A DNA stretch of 64,000 nt from Tubulanus polymorphus. Its lineage: Eukaryota; Animalia; Nemertea. This document shows, piece by piece, positions 1-12,296 of the stretch. Location of the stretch: positions 11,925,947 to 11,989,946 of the forward strand of contig NC_134030.1 in NCBI RefSeq assembly GCF_964204645.1. The letters are read 5' to 3'. The notes beneath the pieces were generated by a model. That model was not told where the DNA came from and did not search any database. It was given only the letters and a program-made list of their open reading frames with translations. The first letter of the stretch is position 1; each line of letters starts with the position of its first letter. The translations under genes and the position numbers were made by a program.

Positions 1-23
1 AAAACATTCGACCGACTGTCAGT

Positions 24-97
24 GAGCTCGGTGGTCTAGTGGTATGATGCTGCGCTAGTAATTTACTGGCCCGGGTTCGAGTCTCGCTCTATCTGCT
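24..97 (+). pseudogene. tRNA-derived sequence (SINE head or tRNA pseudogene)
   Basis: Pol III A-box TGGTCTAGTGG and B-box GGTTCGAGTC at tRNA spacing, with a T-arm CGGG/CTCG. The acceptor and anticodon stems do not pair properly. Confidence 0.6.
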
Positions 98-1299
98 ATT
101 TTTCTCTAACTCTATTCTCCACACTTTCCTTGAATTTTCTAAGTCGTGCACCTCTGTACGCATGCTCGGTGTTAATCGGCCAATCAGCAACAGTTATTAG
201 CGTACAGATCCTAGTCCTGTACGAATAGCCTCCAGAGTAATCCGTACAGGTCCGTACGAGTAGCCACAGCGTTTTCAAAAAGCTTGGGTAGGGCGGGAGG
301 TTTATTTTTCATTTCAGATCGAGTGTTGTAAATGATATACGATTGATAAAGTAAAGCAGGTTTTCCATCGAAACATTTTTTATTTTAACTCTTCATACGC
401 ATAAAAATACGCCACAATGCTACGACGGCCACAATGCTACGACGTACCGTTTTCGTCGTTCAATAGCGGTTCGGAACCGTCATGTGTCCCGGCGCTGAAT
501 TCCGCATAAAAGTCTGCAATGCTAACATCGGCCTCTACGTTGCAAGAGAACCATTCACTTAGAAGACTCGAAGACCCGTCACGAGCGATTGAAGCTATCA
601 CAAGCGGCATTGTTCAATTTGCACAACAGGCACGCGACTGGAAGTGTGGCGCCACAAGCAATACAAATACAATTCAATTCATAGAACTTTATTAACTTAG
701 ATTTTAAAATCGATCTAAATACGCTCCACGACCGGAAATCCACGCTGTGAACGCTCCATAACCGAATATTGACTTCAATTTGTTATTCAGTGAACGCACT
801 TCGTCGATAAATCATTTGGTTTGCTGCTATACTGTCCTACAATTGACATGAAACGGTAGCTATGGCAAATATTTTCAATTGGAACCAAAATAGAACACAA
901 TAAAAAAAAATGGATTGGGTATTTTTCGTAGGGTCGGGTGGGGACGATAAACAACTAATTTTTTTTATTTGGCCTAATGATGATAACTTTCATAAGGAAG
1001 TTATTTTAAGAATTTAAAAAACTTTTCGGAAAAATTGTTCTGTGGCCTTTATTGGTATGTAATGACTTACATATGACGAGTATCCGTGTATTCATGTGTA
1101 TGTCTTCCCATATAGTTTACACTATTCAATCCAGAATTTATTTGGCTATTCGATTTAGGCCTACTTGTAAACAAATTGTATTTGATTTATCATATCAATT
1201 ATTAATATAATACTAATATGAATATTAATATTTGTAAAAATGTTGCCATAGCAACTACTAAATAGAATATTACTAAAAATGTCATATCGACGTCATTCA

Positions 1300-1860
1300 G
1301 CATTTATTACTATTCGACTTATGGTCTATGATCGTGGTGAGTTTCAAGGTCATTGGTTTTTGCATATGGCCACCAGAGGGCGTTTAACAATCATTGGAAA
1401 GTTGTAGCTCATGACATGGTCTATGTTTGTGGTGAGTTTCAAGGACATTAGTTATTCTATATGGTCCATAGAGGGCGTTGAATAGTAGAATAACTTAATA
1501 TTTCCTTATTGTATTGGTACCTCGGCACATTTTCTTACCATGATCAATTGCAAAGTTGTAGCTCATGACATGTTCCATGATTATGTTGAGTTTCAAGGTC
1601 ATAGGCTTCGCTTATGGTCACCAGGGAGCGTTGAATAGTAAAATTACTTAGTATTTCCATATATTGGTAACTAGGCATATTTTGTTACCACAATCAATTA
1701 AAAATTGTAGCTTCTGACATGTTCTATGAGTGTGGTGAGTTTCAAGGTCATTGGATTTTTCAAGGTCATTGGATGGGGGCGTTGAATATTGAAATTGTTA
1801 GATTGTTGAACATTTTAAACCACTTCCCAAGTGGGCATGGTATCCCTGGACCCCTAGTTT
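1300..1860 (+). mobile_element. 3' part of a Helentron-associated non-autonomous element (HINE/DINE-1-like) with ~180-bp core tandem repeats
   Basis: Core repeats (AAAGTTGTAGCT...GAGTTTCAAGGTC...CACCAGRGGGCGTTGAATAG) and the end CCCAAGTGGGCATGGTATCCCTGGACCCCTAGTTT match the full copy at 24612-25813. Confidence 0.75.
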
Positions 1861-2299
1861 AGATACATATAGCATTTTTTGGAGCATAGATGTCATTGAA
1901 AAATTCAATTAGGCCTATGTATGACTGATAGTGATATAGTGTGGCAGCACTTAAAAACATGATGTGAAATCTATTTCCAACAAACCTGGTGAAGAGAATA
2001 GATTTATTTGAGTCCTGTTCAGGAACAACCTGTCTACTCTGTAAGAAGTTGCCGAGTTCTATTCTACAATTATATTTCGTGTTATGGAACAGTTTGCTTG
2101 TAGTGCGGACTAAGGATACAGTATTACATTCTCTGCGGTGTTGAAATGGATAATTAGCTCCCGATTTCTTTTTGCTGTTTACATCTATTTCTAGTTCATA
2201 CTGCTTGATGCTTTTCTGGCAATCAGATGCCATGGCTTCCAATGGATGCATGCCACATCTGAATTTTTTTCAAATTGTGCCCAATAAGCATCTCTAGAT

Positions 2300-2520
2300 T
2301 GTAACAGTGGACATGTTGAGCAGATCGTGGAATCCAATCCCAGTCTTTCGACTAAAGGAAATAATTATCCTGGAGGCTTCAAGAGAGTTAACACGCAAGA
2401 CCTTTCTCTTGGATATCACAACTAAATCTAACTTTATTATATGGTCCAACATTAGTTAACATACAACAGAACAGATGTCTCCACTGTCTAGTGGTGGAAA
2501 GTAACGATTACATTCTCACA
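2300..2520 (-). repeat. copia 3' LTR
   Basis: Direct repeat of 9946-10166; preceded on the minus strand by PPT TAAGTAGGGG (2521-2530). Confidence 0.97.
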
Positions 2521-2977
2521 CCCCTACTTAATCTTTACTTTTTATATTCCAAAATAATCTACACTTTTTGAACTTTAACATAATCATACAGTACCATTAC
2601 TGAGACCTTGTAATAATGAACTGACATACAAACCTAATTCTAACCAGTCACATCCTTGTTTAGCACAAAACATTTTACACGTATTTATTTACAGTTCTGT
2701 TAACCTTTTCTGGTTTACTACAGTAAGCATCATGAAAATAATCACTTTGGCATCCTGTTTCAAGAAAAACATTAGACCTCACACTAACATTACGATAAAC
2801 AATTGACATTTTTCGACTTTGAAAACTATAGCTAAAACTAGTTCAGATAGATAAATGATATTTTACCACCACCAAAAATATTTTTCAATCATAGACACTA
2901 AAAACTACAACTATATATATTCATCATTTTTCAATGTAGGCTAACAGCTTTTATCCAACCACTTTGTGTAAAGTTTA

Positions 2978-4061
2978 CTACAAACCAAAAATATAGAGTT
3001 TGAATCTAACCAATTTCTCATGTACAGCAGGCTTTGTGAAAATATCTGCTATCATTTCATTTGTGGAGCAGTATATGAGTTTGGCTTTTCCTGCATTTAC
3101 TTCAGATCTTACAAAATGGTATCTAATGTCAATATGCTTTGATCTTTTATGCAGGACCGGGTTTTTGGATAAGGCTATCGCTCCCTGGTTGTCCTCATAA
3201 ATCACAAAAGCTGGGTATTTTCGATTTGTGTCAATACTCATCAATTGACGCAAGAATAAACCTTCCTGCGTTGCTGCTGCAAGACCCATATATTCCGCCT
3301 CACACGTAGATAATGCCACAGACCTTTGCTTTTTGCTTTTCCAAGAGATAACTGGCCCTTGTTTGGTCAAGCTAAAACAGTATCCACTAATACTGGTTCT
3401 GTCCCCTTCGGACGAACCCCAATCAGCATCTGAATAGCCAATTAATTCTAAACCTTCGTTACACCTTTGGAAACTCAATTCATAATCTAATTTACCCTTT
3501 ATGTATCTTAGTACATGTTTAAGGGCAGTATAGTGCACCTCCTTAAGATCTGACAAATACTGTGATAACCTCGTAACCGCAAAACATAAATCAGGTCGGG
3601 TACACGTCATAGCATAAATGAGGCTGCCGACAATTTCTCGGTATTTTGTATTACCACAGGATGCTGGTTCAGTAAAACTATCAAACATTAACTTTTGTTC
3701 ACAGGGTGTTTTTCTAGGTTTACATTCCGACATGCCATACTTTTGATAAGAAACGTTTCTGGTTCATTTCAACATTTCCATCAGACTGGTTGAACTCAAT
3801 ACCCAGAAACCATGATAGCTGACCCATATCTTTCATTTTGAACCTTTCCTGTAATACATTCTTTGTTTCAGATACCAATGTTTGATCACTTGCAGCAATA
3901 ATGAAGTCATCTACCCATGCTAATATAATTACAATCCGACCATCTGACAATTTGCTATATAGACATTTGTCAACATCATTCTGTGTGAAACCATTTTCAA
4001 GCAGAAAATCATGCATAACTGGATTCCAGTTTCTACCGCTTTGCTTTAAACCATATAATGA
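2978..4061 (-). pseudogene. pol: copia RT C-terminal part and RNase H (frameshift near 3725)
   Basis: KSLYGLKQSGRNW, AWVDDFII, GYSDADW, STCEAEY, EDNQGAI, KHIDIRYHF, ADIFTK. Confidence 0.95.
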
Positions 4062-5200
4062 TTTTTTGACGCCTTATAAAACGTTACCATTATGAAACCT
4101 AAACAATGTTAACCATTCAGCGTCATTTTACAAACGACAACCGTAAATCGATGTGCAAAACGTCACAGGTTTATGTGTACACATACAAGCTATTTGGCAA
4201 AATATTATTGATAAAGATGTAGAATGGCTCCCTGTGATTATATAATGACGTCTATTTGAACGTCGAAATGTTATATTGCATTGAATATCATGAGAAGACG
4301 TATTGTAATAGTAAAGGATGTATGATTATATCAGGAGCGGCAGGCATAAATAGAAATGATAAGTAAATCGGACTATTCGGTTAAATGGCGGATGTATACA
4401 CGATTTGGAAGTCTGATATAAAAGTCAGACCCTGACATGGGGATGCTAGTGGAATGACGAAGCTATCTACGATCTGAGTAGGGCCGGCGTGAATTTCATC
4501 GGTGGCTACAAGCGGTCTATATAAAAACGTGTTAACATATAATTTCAATATTCAAATGTTTTAGAAAATATGTTTGATATAAGGGGTATGCAAGTTTCAT
4601 GAGATTAGCAATTTATAATAGCATAGCTGTCATATACGGCTCCGCGTCCATTGATGGCATGTGTATAAGGTGACAATTCAATTCAATACTTTATTGATCC
4701 TTATTACATTGAAATTCCGGGATAAAATTTAAAAAACTTACAAATCTTAAAATAAGAAAATACAAAATACAAGACACACGGTTAATTCATACAGAATAAC
4801 ATGAATAAGTTCTTTAAATGACAATGTCTACTTCAACCCAGACTCAAGTCTAGGATATCGAGTGACAGCCAAACAGGGCCCCAGGACCGGGCCGGCTGGC
4901 TACACGATATGCTCAACGTCATGATGAAGCAAACATCCAAAGAACTCTTTCTTCAACCATGGAGGCAATGAAGTTGCAGACCAGCTTAGAGGCAAAAGTG
5001 AATCGAAGTCGGTCACAAGTTGACAATTTTTTTTAAATTAGACTAGTTGAAGACTGTATCATCTACCCAATCGCCAAATCTCATGATTCCCCAAATTTCT
5101 TAAAACTTCGATTTCAAATTTGCAATTCCACATTAGCTTCTCCCAGAAATTCTACATTTTTTCGCAGGCGTCAAATAATTTATTAAAGTTAATTTTCTTG
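4062..5200 (+). mobile_element. Non-autonomous Helentron-type (HINE-like) insertion in the copia RT
   Basis: Interrupts VWKLK|KSLYGLK in a T-run with no TSD; sub-terminal inverted repeats TTTGACGCCT (~4065) and AGGCGTCAAA (~5166); ends in an AT-rich stem followed by CTTG|TTT. Confidence 0.6.
4679..5020 (-). mobile_element. 5'-truncated LINE 3' end (L2/CR1-like) nested in the HINE
   Basis: Minus-strand tail AATAAAGTATTGAATTGAATTG; candidate 8-bp TSD TGACAATT at 4671-4678 and 5021-5028. Confidence 0.45.
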
Positions 5201-5562
5201 TTTCAGTTTCCATACCAACATTTCACAATTTTCTGATCTCTGTTCGAATCCCTCGGGTTGTTCTACATATATCTCAACATCTATAGGGGCATTTAGGTAT
5301 GCGGTCTTTACATCCATTTGATGTAGAACTAAATCATACTGAGCTGCCATTTGCATCAAAACTCTAATAGATGTCATCCTAGCTGTTGGTGCAAATGTTT
5401 CGTCATAATCAATACCTTTTACCTGGGTGAAACCCCTAGCCACATACCTGGCTTTATGCAATTTACTTTGATCTTTTAGCTCTTTGACAGTGTACACCCA
5501 ACGACCCCCCACTACTTCCCTGCCTTCTGGGAGAGTGGTCACCTCATACGTGGAATTTTCCT
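5201..5562 (-). pseudogene. pol: copia reverse transcriptase, middle segment
   Basis: GRWVYTVK, KARYVARGFTQVKGIDYDETFAP, QMDVKTAYLN, YVEQPEGF. Confidence 0.93.
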
Positions 5563-6097
5563 TTAACCCTTCGTGAGCGCACCATTTTTGACAAGTTTTG
5601 CCACCAGAGCGAAGCCATTTTTGGGGTAATTTCAGGCCTTTTGACCTTAAGTTTTTAACTGCCTGCCACAGTAAAACTACTAAATGGATTCACATATAAC
5701 TTTCAGATATAATGTATATTGACCACAGGATTATTTTACACTGGTCATCATGGCGATTGTTGTCGTTGCCATGGCAACGGTGAAATTCAAAATGGCCGCC
5801 GCGTGTATAGTTTCTCATTATTTTCTCAGAAAAAATCCAATTCTGCCAAACTGGGATAGGTTATGGTTTCAAAACAGCACTAAAACAACTGCCAAACATG
5901 TTTTCTATCAGGCAATAGTCATAAATTGTAATTCTTTCATGTACTTTGGGAAATTTTGAACTTATGTGGTAGCTATATCAAGTACCGAAAAATTTGAAAA
6001 TTTTGACTGAAGTGCAATGAATGAAAGTTTATTAGTTTTCATAACTACAGGAATCCATATAGGGTATATGCATATGGAAATAGAATACCTGTATGTG

Positions 6098-6135
6098 TTT
6101 ATATATATATATAAATATTTATAAATATATATATA

Positions 6136-6223
<88 letters not shown>

Positions 6224-6235
6224 AATATATATGTA
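6098..6235. repeat. (TA)n microsatellite inside the piggyBac 3' region
   Basis: Long interrupted TA run. Confidence 0.95.
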
Positions 6236-6348
6236 TACGTATATACACGTTCCGAAAATGATACTTATCAGTATGTACAATATGTATTTTTCATGTTCTT
6301 TCAAATAAAAACACCATAAATGTTTCAAGTTTACTGTTTGTTACATTT

Positions 6349-8432
6349 TTACAGTTTTCCACCACTGAAATTTTTGGTTTTTGTTGCTGCTTCCTCTTTT
6401 GGGGCCTTATAGTTCACAACTGAATGATATCGCAACATACACTCTGGGTGGAGGGGTGGGCGGTCCCCACATTTGCCGCACATGTATACTGTCTCATTAC
6501 GAAATGTTTTGCCCAGTTTTCGATCAGAGCACACTTTGCATTCTTTGGGGTTGTCTCCTTTCAATTGGAAATGTTGGGCTCCATCAAGTCTTTCAGGTCT
6601 TTGTCCACCATCAACAGGTGGTGGTACTCGGGCATTAGCCCGGTGTGGTGACATTTCATCGACCAACGCCAAGCGAAATTTCTTCGTTGACAGAATATCC
6701 TTCTTGTCAATGCCACGGAGTTCACAATCCTGCCGGTAGAGGATGTGAGCATTCACAATCGTAACTTCGAGGAGATGAAAGAATACTTTCCTCCACCATT
6801 TTACAGATATTCGCTCGAAGTTATAGTAGCAAGCAAGCTGGTCGTTGACATCGACGCCACCCATGAGTCGATTGTAATCGGTGACACATGTAGGCTTGTG
6901 GGGTGGGGGGTCACCGACTTTCTTTGCAGGAACATCAGTCCACTCATCAGGACCATGGATACTTGATATCATGGTAATGACACGCTTGTCTCTCCATTGG
7001 AGTACCATAATATCGTCTTTCCTTGCCGCCCTCGAATCGCCACGCTTCATGCCCTTGGTGTTTTTCATGGGCGGAGGCAGGCCTTTACGGTTAGGCATCA
7101 TTGTACCCAGAATGGAAAAGCCATTGTCAATGAGCTTTTCTGCTAGAGCCATGGTCCAGAAAAATCTGTCCATGACTAATATATGACCAGGAGTGTCGAT
7201 GACATCAACAAGATTCATCACAGTCTGGGCAACTTTGGTCAGTTCCGCATCATTTGGAGCATCACCGGCACCAGGGTCCTTCCCCAGATACATGTTCATT
7301 TTGTACTTGTATCCAGTACTGGAATCAGCTAGGGCATACATTTTCATTCCCCACTTGATGGGTTTTTTTGGGTTGTACTGTAAAAACCCAATGCGGCCCT
7401 TGAATAGAATCATGGTCTCATCAATTGAGATCCCCTCGCCGAGAGTAAAGAATTCTTGACTTTTGCTGTTGACATGCTCAACAAGCCATGCTACTTTGTA
7501 TCCTTTGGATGGCAAAGGCTGTCCTGCAGCTATGGGCTCTGCCACATGAAGATTCCAAAACAAGAGTAGAAACTTATCACGTGGCATGCTGTTATGGAAA
7601 AATGGGATATTTATGGTACGCCGTGCTGAGAAGTAGTCCCAAATTGATGGCAATCTGATGACACCCATGTTGATCACCATCCCAAAAACACAAAGTAAAC
7701 CTTCACGAGTAGGTGTTTTCCACTTTCTCAGCCTTGAAGATGGTTTTAGGTCTCCAGCCACGTCAGTTGCAGCAATTTTCGCTCTGGTTATGGTGTCGGT
7801 GTTTTGACAAATTCGATCGAGCACGTGATTTGGCCAAAATAGCCAAAAGTAGTCAATCGGCTCATGTCCTACCATTCTTGGAAGCTGAAATATATAAACA
7901 TATATGTGTACTAAATAACTGTTCTATAACCAAACTAATTATTCTGAAACAGAAATGAAAATTCTGGGTTTGTTCCCTAGAACTGGAAAAAAAACGGTCA
8001 AAAGCGGCTCCCGACTATGGTCGGGATAAAAAATTTTTTACAATAGGTCACCCCTGACAACAATTTTCATCATAAAAAGATAAGAAAACTCACCGTTGGA
8101 CCTGGGTTTCCTGTAAATTCTTCACTAACAGGATAATCCGGTCTATCACCTTCAGTGATATCCTCCCAGTCCTCGTGGTCAAGGATTCGATGCTGCAAAT
8201 TTTGGGGTGGGGCAACGTTATCCCCTACCCCCCCATCACCATCGTCCTGGCTATCTTCCGATTCATCGCTGCTCACTTCGACTGACCCTCTACTTTCATC
8301 GTTACTAACAACTAAACCGTTTGAAGCAACGCTACTGGTTGAAATATCCGATAATTCATCACTATCTGAGTCTCCTTCAAAATAGCTGAGTGCAGCATCA
8401 AGTGTTATTCGTTTCGGCCTGGAGGCAGCCAT
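6349..8432 (-). CDS. piggyBac transposase, two exons (8432-8094 and 7884-6349), predicted 624 aa, apparently intact
   Basis: Phase-0 GT-AG intron 7885-8093 joins the acidic N-terminus to the 508-aa ORF. DDD triad SIDET / VMDRF / GGVDVNDQ. C-terminal Cys-rich domain CKVC...CGKC...HPEC...H. Confidence 0.93.
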
Positions 8433-8645
8433 TACTACATGTATTAGTACGTCACAGACACTTGTTCAGTTAGTGTACACCGTGCGCTATCGATTTACAA
8501 CGCAGATTAGTTTTCCGGTAAGCCACGGGTGGCAGCATCTCCTAGAGCAATCGGAAACAAAATTTCCGACTAAAGTCGGGAGACGCTTAGTTTCCGTGGT
8601 TGGAGATTTCCCGACTATAGTCGGGAGCCGCTCACGAAGGGTTAA

Positions 8646-9580
8646 GGAGTTCATTTCCTCTTCCATTGCCTGGCGCCATGGGTTCGAATCTTCACGTGAG
8701 GTAGCTTTCTCATAAGTACATGGGGTATCATGACATACACAGAATTTATCAGCAAAATAATCTGATTCACACATTTCTACATAATCATCGAGGTACTCTG
8801 GCCTTTTTCGTTCTCTTTGTGGGAACCTTTTTGCTTCAACATCTTGCCTGTCACCACCCCCAACATTTTGAGGGTTTTCTACTGAATCTACACTACAAGA
8901 AAATTTTACACAACGTACTGCTCTGACAACCCTAGTATCTGGGAAATATACCAAATAGGCAGGACTACAGCCCTCACATCGGGTTTTCTGCTATGGAACT
9001 GTGACATTTTCCCTAACACGCATGTTTCACATTCAAAATCTGACTTATCTCCAGTGATTTTCATTCCGTCTGCAACATTTTCTAATTTTATGATGTCACT
9101 CGGGTTGCAATGTCCGAGAATTTCATGCCATTCTTTCAGGCTATGAGAATCATTCTTTCTAGAGATAATGTTATTTAGATAATACAGTCCGCCTCGCTTT
9201 TCAATAGGAAACTTCATGTCGTTTTTCATCAGATCTCCTGAATCATCTGTGAACTTGACTGATGCACCATTTTCTGTCGCAACTCTCACAGAAAATATGT
9301 CCTGCTTGAAACTAGGGACATCTAGAGCGTGGTTGAGGGTGGCCTCATGGGGAATTCCATCTGAATCACACAGGGTGACCCTTGCTATTCCCCGCGCTTT
9401 CGCCAAGTTATTATCTCTGGTGCCATCGGCCAGTTCAATATAATGTTTTTCGGGAACAAAATCTTTCTCATAGCTCACAGATTTTGATTTATCGTTAACA
9501 ACATGGCTAGTAGCCCCACAGTCTATTAACAACGGATCTGGCAACGGATTTCCTGTACACGATTCAATCTCATCGTTCAA
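8646..9580 (-). pseudogene. pol: copia protease, integrase zinc-binding region and SH3-like tail; integrase core deleted; start of RT
   Basis: LLIDCGATSHVVND, WHEILGH...CETC, then a jump to YLVYFPDTRVVRAVRCVKF and TPCTYEKA...WRQAMEEEMNSL. Confidence 0.9.
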
Positions 9581-9615
9581 TTTGAACTGGAATGAATTAT
9601 CATTTTGTTCATCCG

Positions 9616-9960
9616 TTACAGTATTAACTCCAGCACCCTGGCCACTTTCGGTTTTCCTTTTGACATATAATGTTCCTTTAACAATTCAAGTCCTTTCTGG
9701 CCATCATTCTTCGTTTCGCGCATGACTAATGCCAGGGATCTGTCGTCCAAACATTGGACCAATTCGGCGTACGCTTCTGCTTTTTTGTTTACAAGTAGTT
9801 CTCCAGTAATATTAGTAGTCCCATAGATTATCTTATGTAATTTAATAATCCGCATGTAACCTTCAAATTTAGTCAACCACAGTTCGAACTTATTCTCGTC
9901 CCCATCAAATATGGGTGCCCTTGTTCTGCCACTGGGCCCATAACCTGTTACAGTGGACAT
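9616..9960 (-). pseudogene. gag: copia gag N-terminus (truncated by internal deletion)
   Basis: MSTVTGYGPSGRTRAPIFDGDENKFELW...AYAELVQCLDDRSLALVMRE..DGQKGLELLKEHY; no CCHC knuckle remains. Confidence 0.85.
9931..9945 (-). promoter_or_regulatory. Primer-binding site GGTTATGGGCCCAGT (half-tRNA-iMet type)
   Basis: Immediately follows the 5' LTR; same sequence as the Drosophila copia PBS that uses a cleaved initiator tRNA-Met. Confidence 0.9.
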
Positions 9961-10166
9961 GTTGAGCAGATCGTGGAATCCAATCCCAGTCTTTCGACTA
10001 AAGGAAATAATTATCCTGGAGGCTTCAAGAGAGTTAACACACAAGACCTTTCTCTTGGATATCACAACTAAAACTAACTTTATTATATGGTCCAACATTA
10101 GTTAACATACAACAGAACAGATGTCTCCACTGTCTAGTGGTGGAAAGTAATGATTACATTCTCACA
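9946..10166 (-). repeat. copia 5' LTR
   Basis: Direct repeat of 2300-2520; followed on the minus strand by the PBS. Confidence 0.97.
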
Positions 10167-11174
10167 TAGATTACGATCAACTACAGAGTTGGTGATACAT
10201 CTATCGGTCATGGTATTCTTTATCTTGTGCAAAAGTTTCAACAGAAGGTGCAGCAGAAGAGGAAACAGTTGAGTCAATCCTGCTACACACCTTGGCTATT
10301 GTGTTAGTGTACTCTTCTGCTGTATCTCCTGCTTGTAAATTGATACCTAGTAACAGGTCACCACTAGAAGTTCCGACCTCAACTTCTACTAAGCGCCCTT
10401 AGGCTTTTGATGTTCCATCGTATTTAAGGGTGTTAAGTTATATTGTTAGATCCCTGTAGTGTTTCTTTTACTTGCATTCTAGATGCAGCTTTCATTTCCT
10501 ACGTAAAATTATTTTGTGTGGCACATGATGGTAAATTGCCAATCAGTTCTGTCCCTGTCAAAGCCTTAGTGACAACACTGAGAGCAGATGAAATATTGCG
10601 TTGCGATACTCCGAAATTCTGTAGTTGTAAAAGTACAACAAGTCAATACGTGGCCATTATATTTAGTTTATTTTAACAACTCTAGATGGCAGCACCTGCC
10701 AGTACAAACAAATACATTACATCCTCCTACTTAAGTATAAAGAATACACCGAATGCTAAATTGTATGAACCAGCAAAAGTCATACCTCTAATCTAACCTA
10801 AGACCAATTACTACAACAATTAACTCAAGTTTGAGTTTTTTGTTGTGTTAAACATCTTAAAACAATAACCCAAAAGGACAGAAAACCATTTCTGTTCGAA
10901 TCTATCAAGCACAAGTTTCTAATCTAACATGCACAAATTTCTAACATGCACAAAATGAGTAGATCAACATCGAATAATGCAAATTGATATTGTAGTTAAT
11001 GTTAGTCATCAATGTATATTATTGCAAGGTAAATAAACTATCAGTTATTAAGTAACATAATCACCCAAGTAACTTGGTTTTTTTTTACAAATCGACTGGA
11101 CCTTATGGAAACATAAGAATCACTAACAACCTGAGGAGTTTCAGGGGGGTCAGGGAGACTAACTACAGGAGATT

Positions 11175-12181
11175 CTAGGTAGAAGGGTGGAGATTGAGGA
11201 GGTTCAACTTCTGGTAGTCCCTGAACCAATTCCGGCGTGATAGGCAGAGTTTCCTCTCCAGTTTAAGTAAGTGTCTACGATTACGACGCAATTTTTTACC
11301 ATTAACATCAATAAAATATGATCTTTCATAATTATCAGCAACTGCTGTTACGCGTGCCGGTTGCCAAGTGTCTTTTGCAGACTTTTTGTACCTCACTATT
11401 TCACCTGGCCTCAGTGTAGGCAGTGATTTGGCGGCTCTGTCATAATATTTCTTGTACAACTCTTGCCTTGACTGAAGATGCAAGTGATCCCTATTAGAAT
11501 TTGAATTGATGTTTTTAAGATGACCTTGGCAACTGGCCGTCTGGTTTTCAGATGTCTACCCATCAATAACTCTCATTGGCTTTTACCCACAACCTCTAGA
11601 GGTGTATCTCTATATGCCATAAGAGCAAGGTAGATGTCTCCACTAGACTCCTCGGCTTTCGTTAATATGTTTTTAACTGTTTGTACAAAACGCTCAGTTT
11701 GTCTATTTGATTGTGGAAATATTGGACTGCTAGTATCATGAACAAAGCCCCAGTTTCTGGCAAAGTTCTGAAAGTCTTTACTAGTAAACTGCCGTCCATT
11801 ATCATTATAGGTAATGTCGGGTATTCCATGACAAGCGTAGATTGACTTCAACGCATTAATCATTGATTTACTCGGTTCATCTGGCAGTAACGCAACTTCT
11901 GGATACTTCGAGTAGAAGTCAACGCAGATCAGATAATCCTGATGTCTGAAGTGAAATAAATCACATGCCACCTCAGCCCATGGGCAATCAGGCATTTCGT
12001 GAGGAATTAAGGGTTCCTTGCGATTCGTGTTTCTCGTTTCAAGACATATTTTGCAGCGCGATACCATGCGTTCGATGTCTTGATTCATTTTGGGCCAATA
12101 CAATATATCTCTCGCTCTGCGTTTACATTTCACGATGCTGAAATGCGACTCGTGTACGATTTTGAGCATTTCTGAACGCAT
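11175..12181 (-). pseudogene. pol: Gypsy integrase (frameshifted)
   Basis: HESH...CKIC zinc motif; CDLF, DNGRQF, TERFVQTVK. Confidence 0.88.
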
Positions 12182-12296
12182 TTCGGCGAACTATGATACA
12201 CTGTCTGCGATGCGCAATGCCGTCGATAACAGTAATTTCATCACGAAACGTCATATATTTTCCAAGTTCTGGATTGATATCTCGCTTATCTGTTGG

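Larger units (their letters stand above)
5567..8641 (-). mobile_element. piggyBac DNA transposon, complete (3075 bp)
   Basis: TTAA TSDs at 5563-5566 and 8642-8645; 13-bp TIR CCCTTCGTGAGCG; removal restores the copia RT reading MNSL|KENSTYEV. Confidence 0.97.
2300..10166 (-). mobile_element. Ty1/copia LTR retrotransposon (hemivirus-type PBS), internally deleted, with two nested insertions
   Basis: Two 221-bp TG...CA LTRs differing at 4 positions; 5-bp TSD TAGAT (2295-2299 and 10167-10171); PBS and PPT present; domain order gag-PR-IN-RT-RH. Confidence 0.97.
1861..10619 (-). pseudogene. Degenerate CxxH-type (hAT-like) DDE transposase A, split by the copia insertion (parts 10172-10619 and 1861-2299)
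   Basis: Removing the copia and one TSD restores TLKYDGTSK...KIKNTMTDRCITNSVVDRNL|EMLIGHNLKKFRCGMHPL...FVGNRFHIMF, giving D, D, CxxH and RF motifs in hAT-like order. Contains stops and frameshifts. Confidence 0.65.

Noticed and set aside
24-97. Functional tRNA gene
   Set aside because: A and B boxes are present but the acceptor and anticodon stems do not pair; kept only as tRNA-derived.
6381-7958. Plus-strand ORFs overlapping the piggyBac transposase (and similar ORFs opposite other TE genes)
   Set aside because: These are antisense shadows of real coding frames with no recognisable domains.
9961-10098. N-terminal extension of the 160-aa gag ORF in the track
   Set aside because: It starts at a non-ATG codon and is LTR sequence; the likely start is the ATG at 9960.
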